The position numbers and the translations under genes were made by a program. From contig OZ024746.1 of NCBI GenBank assembly GCA_964016885.1, forward strand, positions 59,396,001 to 59,460,000: a DNA stretch of 64,000 nt, read 5' to 3'. The notes below the pieces were generated by a model, which ran no database searches, was not told where the DNA came from, and worked only from the letters and a program-made list of their open reading frames with translations. Origin of the DNA: Eledone cirrhosa. Taxonomy: Eukaryota. Positions within the stretch are counted from its first letter, which is position 1, and each line of letters opens with the position of its first letter. Shown here piece after piece: positions 41,783 to 52,900 of the stretch.

Positions 41783-42417
41783 CATACATATATACATACA
41801 TATATACATGTATGTGTGTGTGTTATCCCTGTTTTCAACTTATATCAGTATTCTTATGTAATTATTAGATCTTCTTCCCACTACGTGTACACGCCACATA
41901 CATTTTACGTTGCGATACCTGCAGTTATACTGATACAAAAAATATATACCATAGTCTTTCAAGTGTTATTTATTGTAGGCAGTAGAGAAAGGGACAACCA
42001 AAAATAAATATAAATTGTAGGTGTAAACGTGATAAATTTATACTCTGTTTCATTTGATAATAGTTTTAAAATCATGGCTGTATTTTATAAAATTCTATTC
42101 AAGTGTCGTCTCTCCATCTTGGAAGTTAACTAAATAATGTAAATGTTAGCTCTTTATATGTCTTTTCATTTCTAGCTCCGCTCTCTATCTATCTATCTAT
42201 CTATCTAGATCTTTCTTTCTTTATTTCTGTCTCTCTACCTGTCAATCTATCTATCTATATATCTATCTATCTATCTATCTATTAGTTTTATTTTCATATA
42301 CCTGTATGTAAACTCCCCATTTGTATTTGTCCCCTTCTTTTGTGCCCTTGTGGCTAATAAAGAAATTTATCTATCTATCTACCTATCTATCTGCCTATCT
42401 ACCTATATATCTATGTT

Positions 42418-42448
<31 letters not shown>

Positions 42449-42504
42449 GTCTACCTATCTATCTACCTATCTATCTATATATCTATCTACCAATCTCTCT
42501 CTCC

Positions 42505-42602
<98 letters not shown>

Positions 42603-42630
42603 GTGTGTGCGTGTGTGTGTGTGGGTGGGT

Positions 42631-42675
<45 letters not shown>

Positions 42676-42794
42676 CGTGCGTGTGTGTGTGTGCGTGTGT
42701 GCGTGCGTGTGTGTATGTGTGTGTGTGTGTGTATGTGTGTGTGTGTGCGTGTGCGTGTGTGTGTGTGTACATATATATGTGTGCTGTTTTAACC

Positions 42795-43031
42795 ATAAGA
42801 TGATGCCATCCCACTGGCTGGGCCGGCAGGCCGGTACCTCTTCAGTTTAGCTAGCTTTTGAACTCTAGAAGATGATGAATCATCTCTAGGACCACTAGTC
42901 TGATACCTGTGTATACGATTGGGAATACATGGATGAGGAAAGCACGATCCAGAGAGGAATGGACGGCGTGCTGTGACCAGCGGCGCTGAATGGACGCCCG
43001 ACAGACTGGTCGGTCAAGGTGATCAAGGTGA
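42795..43031 (+). mobile_element. LINE 3'-end remnant (RTE-like) with a (TCAAGGTGA)2 tail
   Basis: WMRKARSREEWTACCDQRR* followed by a short tandem tail; sits between microsatellites. Confidence 0.45.
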
Positions 43032-43110
43032 TATATGTGTGTGAGTATTTTACTGTCACTCGTCGTTTTGCTTTATATTCCAATATTTTACACCCCTGTT
43101 TTAACTATAG

Positions 43111-43146
<36 letters not shown>

Positions 43147-43183
43147 GAAAGATTTGAATGGATACAGTTTAGTTGAAAGGAAT

Positions 43184-43300
43184 TTATTGACACGTGTTTC
43201 TATAACAGTTACATAACCTAAAACAGCTATCTACAAACTTTTAGTTATGCAGACATTCAATATTTCAATGTTATTGTTTACTGTCATTTCATCAGAATAA
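43184..43300 (-). ncRNA. Hammerhead ribozyme motif (mirror of 47329-47445)
   Basis: Reverse complement of the plus-strand copy. Confidence 0.7.
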
Positions 43301-43892
43301 TATTACTGAGGACCTATTTAGTTTTTATAGAGAATATTAGGAGGAAGGGGTGAAGTTGTTAGAAGAATAGTTGAAGGAGTGGTTTTTCGATAGCAGTGAG
43401 AATTCTTGGTGGCAGTGATTAATTAGATTCCCATCTGTTGTTTTGACATTTTTTATAGAATATATTATTGGTTATTTTTCTAAATCTATAGAAGGATTAG
43501 AGATAGTAAAGATATGCGTGGTTGGTTTTGTGTTTGCACTTAACATTCAGACTTAAATTTTTCTTTCAAGTGTACGTATTCTTTCACCCACGCATTCACA
43601 CACAAATATATTTGCACACCTCTACAAAATACATATACTCACAATTCACATATTCATACTTACATATATATACACATGCATACACATATATATACACACA
43701 TGTATTCATGTACATACATACGCGCTCATGTGTATACATTTTCATACTCAACTTATCTTTATATATACACACGTATAGACACACACATATATACATACAT
43801 ACTCTAGTCCATGTGTACACACATACACATACATACACATCCATATACACATACATACATACACATATATATATATACATATATACATATAC

Positions 43893-43947
<55 letters not shown>

Positions 43948-43964
43948 CATATATACACACATAT

Positions 43965-43997
<33 letters not shown>

Positions 43998-44266
43998 AGC
44001 ACTTTAATACATGAATACACTTACATCTAACTATACACATCAAACATATATATATATTTACTTATTTATATACATTTTCACATATATATACATACTTATG
44101 GACGTTTTTAGACACATTCATTATCGCATATTTGTACCTATTCTCATCAGCATATCTTTTCATTATTAGTATGGTAATTTAAGGTTATTAATATATGTTG
44201 AAAAGAGATTGTTTTTATATTTTTCTAACTAGATTAAGGTTTATATAGTTGGGGGATGTCCCTCTT

Positions 44267-45301
44267 TTATGTAATATTCGGCTTGTAGTGGGAAAAAAGG
44301 GTTTTAGTTCTGTGACGGCAGAATAATGTTCGTTCAATTCTGTTATTCAGCAGTTTCTTCTTGTGTGTGATTATGTAATAAATCTCAAGATTACACAATT
44401 TGCAGAAATTTTGGCTCCTGGAAAAGCTTTGGGTTTTAGCTAATTTTTCCCATTTTAGGGTAAACTTTTGATTGCTATCCCTGAGCGTCCAAGCTTTCTC
44501 TGCTAAAGTTGTTACATTTCTTTGGCTCTGGTGTTTTATTGAGTAAGAATGCCTATACAATCGAGATTTAAACGATGTTGCCGTTGATCCCACGTAATAC
44601 CACTCGTTGCCTCCGGATTTAATGGTACACTTATAAATAATATTTTTTTCCAGGCAGTTATTGCCGAGGGGGCAGTTGTCAGGATAGGTGCAGTTACAGT
44701 TGTGTACGTTGGGTTTTCTCTGGAGTAGTATTGCGGACGAACTTAGGTGTGGTTTATTTATGTTCTGTAGTGTATTGTCTACTGTTTTTTTGGGGTTCTT
44801 TGTACTTAAGTTCTTAGTGTTTTCGTTTAACCTTCTAGTATTGATCTTTTTTATGTGTTGTTCAAGGTTTAACGCTGTAGAGTATGACAGTCTTATAGTG
44901 GTAGGGTTTAGGATTTTGTGGTATTTGTGTGATGTGGGAAAATGTCTTTTAATTATTTTAAAGAAGAGTACTGGTAAATTTGTACTAATGGAGCTATTGT
45001 ATTCGGGGTTATACCATAAGTACTCTTTGCATCGCTTTCTATTAGTTTTGTTTGTTGGTTTACTGGTGTGCATACTATGGTAGTAAGTGTGGTTTGGTGT
45101 TGTGTTATTATATCTACCTATGTGGGATTTATTTTGGGTGTTTTGATTGTTCCCATCTATGTACTCTATTTTGTTGAGGTAGCCTGCTTTACTAAGGGCG
45201 TTATCGTAGTACTCGGCGTGTTCCTTAAATACTTGTATGTTAGAAGATAGACCCGAGATTCTAAGGGAAATATTTTTAGGGATAGATTTAATTATAGAGA
45301 T
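44267..45301 (-). pseudogene. Inverted duplicate of the truncated PLE ORF
   Basis: Encodes the same 268-aa product as 45556-46362. Confidence 0.9.
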
Positions 45302-46362
45302 ACGTAAATGTTGGGTCTAACCACCCCATCTCTATAATTAAATCTATCCCTAAAAATATTTCCCTTAGAATCTCGGGTCTATCTTCTAACATACAAGTAT
45401 TTAAGGAACACGCCGAGTACTACGATAACGCCCTTAGTAAAGCAGGCTACCTCAACAAAATAGAGTACATAGATGGGAACAATCAAAACACCCAAAATAA
45501 ATCCCACATAGGTAGATATAATAACACAACACCAAACCACACTTACTACCATAGTATGCACACCAGTAAACCAACAAACAAAACTAATAGAAAGCGATGC
45601 AAAGAGTACTTATGGTATAACCCCGAATACAATAGCTCCATTAGTACAAATTTACCAGTACTCTTCTTTAAAATAATTAAAAGACATTTTCCCACATCAC
45701 ACAAATACCACAAAATCCTAAACCCTACCACTATAAGACTGTCATACTCTACAGCGTTAAACCTTGAACAACACATAAAAAAGATCAATACTAGAAGGTT
45801 AAACGAAAACACTAAGAACTTAAGTACAAAGAACCCCAAAAAAACAGTAGACAATACACTACAGAACATAAATAAACCACACCTAAGTTCGTCCGCAATA
45901 CTACTCCAGAGAAAACCCAACGTACACAACTGTAACTGCACCTATCCTGACAACTGCCCCCTCGGCAATAACTGCCTGGAAAAAAATATTATTTATAAGT
46001 GTACCATTAAATCCGGAGGCAACGAGTGGTATTACGTGGGATCAACGGCAACATCGTTTAAATCTCGATTGTATAGGCATTCTTACTCAATAAAACACCA
46101 GAGCCAAAGAAATGTAACAACTTTAGCAGAGAAAGCTTGGACGCTCAGGGATAGCAATCAAAAGTTTACCCTAAAATGGGAAAAATTAGCTAAAACCCAA
46201 AGCTTTTCCAGGAGCCAAAATTTCTGCAAATTGTGTAATCTTGAGATTTATTACATAATCACACACAAGAAGAAACTGCTGAATAACAGAATTGAACGAA
46301 CATTATTCTGCCGTCACAGAACTAAAACCCTTTTTTCCCACTACAAGCCGAATATTACATAA
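45298..46362 (+). CDS. 5'-truncated PLE polyprotein: RT thumb end + linker + Cys-rich motif + GIY-YIG endonuclease (Naiad-like)
   Basis: The frame is open from 45298, upstream of the annotated ATG at 45556: RYVNVGSNHPISIIKSIPKNISLRISGLSSN..YYDNALSKAGY..LWYNPEYN..CNCTYPDNCPLGNNCLEKNIIY..YYVGSTATSFKSRLYRH..CKLCNLE..LLNNRIE..CRH. The RT catalytic core is absent. Confidence 0.88.
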   Translation, partial: RYVNVGSNHPISIIKSIPKNISLRISGLSSNIQVFKEHAEYYDNALSKAGYLNKIEYIDGNNQNTQNKSHIGRYNNTTPNHTYYHSMHTSKPTNKTNRKRCKEYLWYNPEYNSSISTNLPVLFFKIIKRHFPTSHKYHKILNPTTIRLSYSTALNLEQHIKKINTRRLNENTKNLSTKNPKKTVDNTLQNINKPHLSSSAILLQRKPNVHNCNCTYPDNCPLGNNCLEKNIIYKCTIKSGGNEWYYVGSTATSFKSRLYRHSYSIKHQSQRNVTTLAEKAWTLRDSNQKFTLKWEKLAKTQSFSRSQNFCKLCNLEIYYIITHKKKLLNNRIERTLFCRHRTKTLFSHYKPNIT

Positions 46363-46631
46363 AAGAGGGACATCCCCCAACTATATAAACCTTAATCTAG
46401 TTAGAAAAATATAAAAACAATCTCTTTTCAACATATATTAATAACCTTAAATTACCATACTAATAATGAAAAGATATGCTGATGAGAATAGGTACAAATA
46501 TGCGATAATGAATGTGTCTAAAAACGTCCATAAGTATGTATATATATGTGAAAATGTATATAAATAAGTAAATATATATATATGTTTGATGTGTATAGTT
46601 AGATGTAAGTGTATTCATGTATTAAAGTGCT

Positions 46632-46664
<33 letters not shown>

Positions 46665-46681
46665 ATATGTGTGTATATATG

Positions 46682-46736
<55 letters not shown>

Positions 46737-47328
46737 GTATATGTATATATGTATATATATATATGTGTATGTATGTATGTGTATATGGATGTGTATGTAT
46801 GTGTATGTGTGTACACATGGACTAGAGTATGTATGTATATATGTGTGTGTCTATACGTGTGTATATATAAAGATAAGTTGAGTATGAAAATGTATACACA
46901 TGAGCGCGTATGTATGTACATGAATACATGTGTGTATATATATGTGTATGCATGTGTATATATATGTAAGTATGAATATGTGAATTGTGAGTATATGTAT
47001 TTTGTAGAGGTGTGCAAATATATTTGTGTGTGAATGCGTGGGTGAAAGAATACGTACACTTGAAAGAAAAATTTAAGTCTGAATGTTAAGTGCAAACACA
47101 AAACCAACCACGCATATCTTTACTATCTCTAATCCTTCTATAGATTTAGAAAAATAACCAATAATATATTCTATAAAAAATGTCAAAACAACAGATGGGA
47201 ATCTAATTAATCACTGCCACCAAGAATTCTCACTGCTATCGAAAAACCACTCCTTCAACTATTCTTCTAACAACTTCACCCCTTCCTCCTAATATTCTCT
47301 ATAAAAACTAAATAGGTCCTCAGTAATA

Positions 47329-47445
47329 TTATTCTGATGAAATGACAGTAAACAATAACATTGAAATATTGAATGTCTGCATAACTAAAAGTTTGTAGAT
47401 AGCTGTTTTAGGTTATGTAACTGTTATAGAAACACGTGTCAATAA
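47329..47445 (+). ncRNA. Hammerhead ribozyme motif with extended stem II and minimal palindromic stem III
   Basis: ttatt-CTGATGA-a-atgacagt..(~70 nt)..actgttat-a-GAAA-CACGTG-TC-aataa. Confidence 0.72.
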
Positions 47446-47592
47446 ATTCCTTTCAACTAAACTGTATCCATTCAAATCTTTCTATTTTTCTCCGGATTAC
47501 TTTTGGAACTACAACTGGAACCGTCGAGCAAACTCTACGTGAGCTGAAAATCTACTGTGTGTAATATTTATATTACAACACAACGGAAAAAA

Positions 47593-47628
<36 letters not shown>

Positions 47629-48639
47629 CTCTCTCTATCTCTCTTTTTTCTCTCTCACTCTCTCTCTCTCTCTCTCTATCTCTATCTATCTAGAAAGTTA
47701 CCTATTTGTCTATCTACCTTTTTATCTACCTCTTTGTCTTTCTCACTATCTGTCAGTTTGTTTGTCTGCCAGTCTATTTATATATCTATCCCTACTCTCT
47801 ATCCCTTTTCTCTCTCTTTCTCTCTTTCTTTCTTTCTTTCTTTCTTGTTCATTCTCTTTCATATTCTCTCTCCCTTTCTCCTAATTTCTCTCCTAATGTG
47901 CCAATCAGTTGGGTCGTAAATATGTGTGTCTGTGTGACTGTACGTGTGTCTGTGTGTCTGTGTGACTGTACGTGTGCCTGTGTGTGTGTGTGTGTGACCT
48001 ATCAATTCCATAAATAGTGTTCAGTAAAATTTATTAAGTAACAATCTGAAATACGTACTGGAGTGATATGTCTGACTCATGAAACCCTTTATGGTCTTGT
48101 TCCAATATGGCCACGATCCAACGTCTGAAACTAGTTGTAGAGTAAAATAGTTGTGTGAGTTGGACCGCCATCAGTTCCGACGAACAGTTTTCCAATTGAT
48201 TCGACGGCAGGAGATTCATCATGGTACTGTGTGTGTGACAAGTATAGCTTTTTGAATCACATATATGTGCATTCCAACTGGGTGGAATGGACAATGCTAA
48301 GTAACGTGTGTTGCTCAAGGCCACAACGTATTGAATTCATGACCTTATGAACGTGTGTCCAACACCCTAACCACTATGCCATGCGGCTTCTCATACTAAG
48401 ATAATAAAATATAGAATATCATATAAAGTGCACAGCATTGTAAATGGTCATTTACCTTCTCTAGTCATCCATTGATAAATTCCAGCATTACTTGTTGGAA
48501 AGTTTCCCAAATTACTTCAACTCATACCTGATGGAATATTCTAGATTTGACTTCTTGGCAGTGTGTACAGTGTTCTTGTCGTTGTTATCGTTTCTGTTTT
48601 CGGTACTGTTCTCATTGACATTATTGATGCTTTGTCCTT

Positions 48640-48920
48640 GTTATTATTGTTGTTGCTGTTGTTGTTGTCTTAGTGAATGTTCTAGTGCTTTTTGTTGTTG
48701 TTGTCGTTGTTGTTGCCATTGTGAGTGTTCTAGTTATTGTAGATGTTGCTTCTGTTGTTTTTATTATTGTTGATGTTGTTATCGTTGTTGTTGTGAGTGT
48801 TTTTGTCGTTGTTGCCGTTATTGCTGATGTCACTGTCGTTTTTGTCATTGTTGCTAGTGTCATTGTTGCCTTTGTGCTGTCGTCGTTGCTGTCGTTGTTG
48901 TTGTCGAAGTCGTTGTTATT
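48640..48920 (+). repeat. Degenerate (GTT)n low-complexity tract
   Basis: ttgttg/ttgtcg triplets. Confidence 0.85.
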
Positions 48921-49239
48921 AAAGACCCAGAATAGACTTGATTGAGCAAACATGAATGATCATTGTCTTTCCAGTCGAACCTATGCTGTCTTTTTATATA
49001 TACCATGCAATAGACTATACTATATTGTAACGTAGTGAATATGGTATTGGTCCATGATCGCAAGATCATGGATTAACAAAGTAATGAGCTCCATCGAGTA
49101 AGCTTCTGGCAAGCTGTGTTCACAGCCTAGATTTTGATAGCTGATTCACTTACCTTGCCAATTTTTTTCTCAAATAAAGCTCTTCATTCATGACATTTAA
49201 AACTTCATGCAAATGTTCTCTAACGACTCAGTAGACCTG

Positions 49240-49960
49240 CATGTTGGAGGTTATGGCGTTGTTGTATGTACTGCTGTGTCTATGTTGGTGATTGTGGTTG
49301 TGTTGAATGTACTGCAGTGTTGGATCTATGTCAGTAGTTGTGTTGTTGCTGGATGTAGTGTGTTGTAGTCTCTATATGGGGTGGTGTGGTGTTGCATGCG
49401 GTGTAGGATCTGTGACAGTAGTTGTGATATTGTTGGGTGTAGTGTGCTGTAGTGTCTATGCTGGTGGCTACGGTGTTTTTGTGTGTATGTACTGTAGCGT
49501 CTACGTTGGTAGTTGTGGTGTTGTATGTATGTACTGTAAAGCCTATGTGGGTAGTTGTAGTGTTGCTGTATGTATTGCAATATAGTGTATATGTTGGTAT
49601 TGTGATGTTATTGAATATACTGTAGTATCTATGTTGGTAGTTGTGGTGTAGTTGTATGTCTGTACTGTAGTGTGTAAGTCAGTAGTTGTGGTACTGTTGT
49701 ATGTACTGTAGTGTCTACGTTGATGGTGGTTGTATGTATTGCACTGTAATGTCTATGCTGTAGTGTTCTTAGATATAATGTACTGTAGTGTCTATGTTGG
49801 TGATTATTGTGCAGTTGTATGTATTGTATTGTAGTGTCTATGTCAGTAGATGTGGTGTCATTGTATGTACTGTAGTGTCTATGGTGGTAGATGTGGTGCT
49901 GTTGTATGTATTGTAATGTCTATGTTAGTACTTGACGTGTCGTTGTAGGTATTGTAATGT
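49240..49960 (+). repeat. Diverged proximal edge of the 45-bp satellite
   Basis: Irregular units sharing tgtagtgtctatgttggtagttgtggtg. Confidence 0.8.
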
Positions 49961-52900
49961 GGTGTCTATGTTAGTAGTTGTACTGTTGTTGACTGTATGT
50001 TCTGTAGTGTCTATGTTGGTAGTTGTACTGTTGTTGACTGTATGTTCTGTAGTGTCTATGTTGGTAGTTGTACAGTTGTTGACTGTATGTTCTGTAGTGT
50101 CTATGTGGCTAGTTGTGGTGTTGTTGACTGTATGTTCTGTAGTGTCTATGTTGGTAGTTGTACTGTTGTTGACTGTATGTTCTGTAGTGTCTATGTAGGT
50201 AGTTGTGGTGTTGTTGACTATGTTCTGTAGTGTCTATGTTGGTAGTTGTACAGTTGTTGACTGTATGTTCTGTAGTGTCTATGTTGGTAGTTGTGGTGTT
50301 GTTGACTGTATGTTCTGTAGTGTCTATGTTAGTAGTTGTAGTGTTGTTGACTGTATGTTCTGTAGTGTCTATGTTGGTAGTTGTAGTGTTGTTGACTATG
50401 TTCTGTAGTGTCTATGTTAGTAGTTGTGGTGTTGGTGACTGTATGTTCTGTAGTGTCTATGGTGGTAGTTGTGGTGTTGTTGACTGAATGTTCTGTAGTG
50501 TCTATGGTGGTAGTTGTGGTGTTGTTGACTGTATGTTCTGTAGTGTCTATGTGGCTAGTTGTGGTGTTGTTGATTGTATGTTCTGTAGTGTCTATGTTGG
50601 TAGTTGTGGTGTTGTTGACTGTATGTTCTGTAGTGTCTATGTTGGTAGTTGTGGTGTTGTTGACTGTATGTTCTGTAGTGTCTATGTTGGTAGTTGTACA
50701 GTTGTTGACTGTATGTTCTGTAGTGTCTATGTTGGTAGTTGTGGTGTTGTTGACTGTATGTTCTGTAGTGTCTATGTTGGTAGTTGTACAGTTGTTGACT
50801 GTATGTTCTGTAGTGTCTATGTTGGTAGTTGTGGTGTTGTTGACTGTATGTTCTGTAGTGTCTATGTTGGTAGTTGTAGTGTTGTTGACTCTATGCTCTG
50901 TAGTGCCTATGTAAGTAGTTGTGGTGTTGTTGACTGTATGTTCTGTAGTGTCTATGTTGGTAGTTGTGGTGTTGTTGACTGTATGTTCTGTAGTGTCTAT
51001 GTTGGTAGTTGTGGTGTTGTTGACTGTATGTTCTGTAGTGTCTATGTTGGTAGTTGTACTGTTGTTGACTGTATGTTCTGTAGTGTCTATGTTGATAGTT
51101 GTGGTGTTGTTGACTGTATGTTCTGTAGTGTCTATGTTGGTAGTTGTATAGTTGTTGACTGTATGTTCTGTAGTGTCTATGTTGGTAGTTGTATAGTTGT
51201 TGACTGTATGTTCTGTAGTGTCTATGTTGGTAGTTGTACTGTTGTTGACTGTATGTTCTGTAGTGTCTATGTTGGTAGTTGTAGTGTTGTTGACTGTATG
51301 TTCTGTAGTGTCTATGTTGGTAGTTGTATAGTTGTTGATTGTATGTTCTGTAGTGTCTATGTTAGTAGTTGTGGTGTTGTTGACTGTATGTTCTGTAGTG
51401 TCTATGGTGGTAGTTGTGGTGTTGTTGACTGTATGTTCTATAGTGTCTATGTTAGTAGTTGTACAGTTGTTGACTGTATGTTCTGTAGTATGTATGTTAG
51501 TAGTTGTGGTGTTGTTGACTGTATGTTCTGTAGTGTCTATGTTGGTAGTTGGGGTGTTGTTGACTGTATGTTCTGTAGTGCCTATGTTGGTAGTTGTAGT
51601 GTTGTTGACTGTATGCTCTATAGTGTCTATGTTGGTAGTTGTGGTGTTGTTGACTGTATGTTCTGTAGTGTCTATGTTGGTAGTTGTGGTGTTGTTGGCT
51701 GTATGTTCTGTAGTGTGTATGTTAGTAGTTGTGGTGTTGTTGACTGTATGTTCTGTAGTGTCTATGCTGGTAGTTGTGGTGTTGTTGACTGTATGTTCTG
51801 TAGTGTCTATGTTGGTAGTTGTGGTGTTGTTGACTGTATGTTCTGTAGTGTCTATGTTGGTAGTTGTGGTGTTGTTGACTGTATGTTCTGTAGTGTTTAT
51901 GTTGGTAGTTGTGGTGTTGTTGACTGTATGTTCTGTAGTGTCTATGTTGGTAATTGTGGTGTTGTTGAGTGTATGTTCTGTAGTGTCTATGTTGGTAGTT
52001 GTAGTGTTGTTGACTGTATGTTCTGTAGTGTCTATGTTGGTAGTTGTACTGTTGTTGACTGTATGTTCTGTAGTGTCTATGTTGGTAGTTGTACAGTTGT
52101 TGACTTTATGTTCTGTAGTGTCTATGTGGCTAGTTGTGGTGTTGTTGACTGTATGTTCTGTAGTGTCTATGTTGGTAGTTGTACTGTTGTTGACTGTATG
52201 TTCTGTAGTGTCTATGTTGGTAGTTGTGGTGTTGTTAACTGTATGTTCTGTAGTGTCTATGTTGGTAGTTGTACAGTTGTTGACTGTATGTTCTGTAGTG
52301 TCTATGTTGGTAGTTGTGGTGTTGTTGACTGTATGTTCTGTAGTGTCTATGTTGGTAGTCGTACTATTGTTGACTGTATGTTCTGTGGTGTCTATGTTGG
52401 TAGTTGTACAGTTGTTGACTGTATGTTCTGTAGTGTCTATGTTAGTAGTTGTGGTGTTGTTGACTGTATGTTCTGTAGTGTCTATGTGGATAGTTGTGGT
52501 GTTGTTGACTGTATGTTCTGTAGTGTCTATGTTGGTAGTTGTGGTGTTGTTGACTGTATATTCTGTAGTGTCTATGTTGGTAATTGTGGTGTTGTTGACT
52601 GTATGTTCTGTAGTGTCTATGTTGGTAGTTGTACAGTTGTTGACTGTATGTTCTGTAGTGTCTATGTTGGTAGTTGTGGTGTTGTTGACTGTATGTTCTG
52701 TAGTGTCTATGTTGGTAGTTGTACAGTTGTTGACTGTATGTTCTGTAGTGTCTATGGTAGTTGTGGTGTTGTTGACTGTATGTTCTGTAGTGTATATGTT
52801 GGTAGTTGTAGTGTTGTTGACTGTATGCTCTGTAGTGCCTATGTAAGTAGTTGTGGTGTTGTTGACTGTATGTTCTGTAGTGCCTATGTTGGTAGTTGTG

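Larger units (their letters stand above)
43144..47596. mobile_element. Palindromic Penelope-like element: arms 43144-45301 and 45328-47485, 26-bp spacer, tail 47486-47596
   Basis: Mirror symmetry i <-> 90629-i; the ORF track shows identical mirrored proteins. Contains an RT-thumb/GIY-YIG ORF and terminal HHRs, flanked by (TA)n. Confidence 0.95.

Noticed and set aside
44688-45941. 131-aa and 60-aa hydrophobic ORFs in the palindrome
   Set aside because: Antisense shadows of the A-rich PLE ORF.
45298-46362. Selenocysteine recoding as reported for some Naiad PLEs
   Set aside because: There is no in-frame TGA in the retained ORF.
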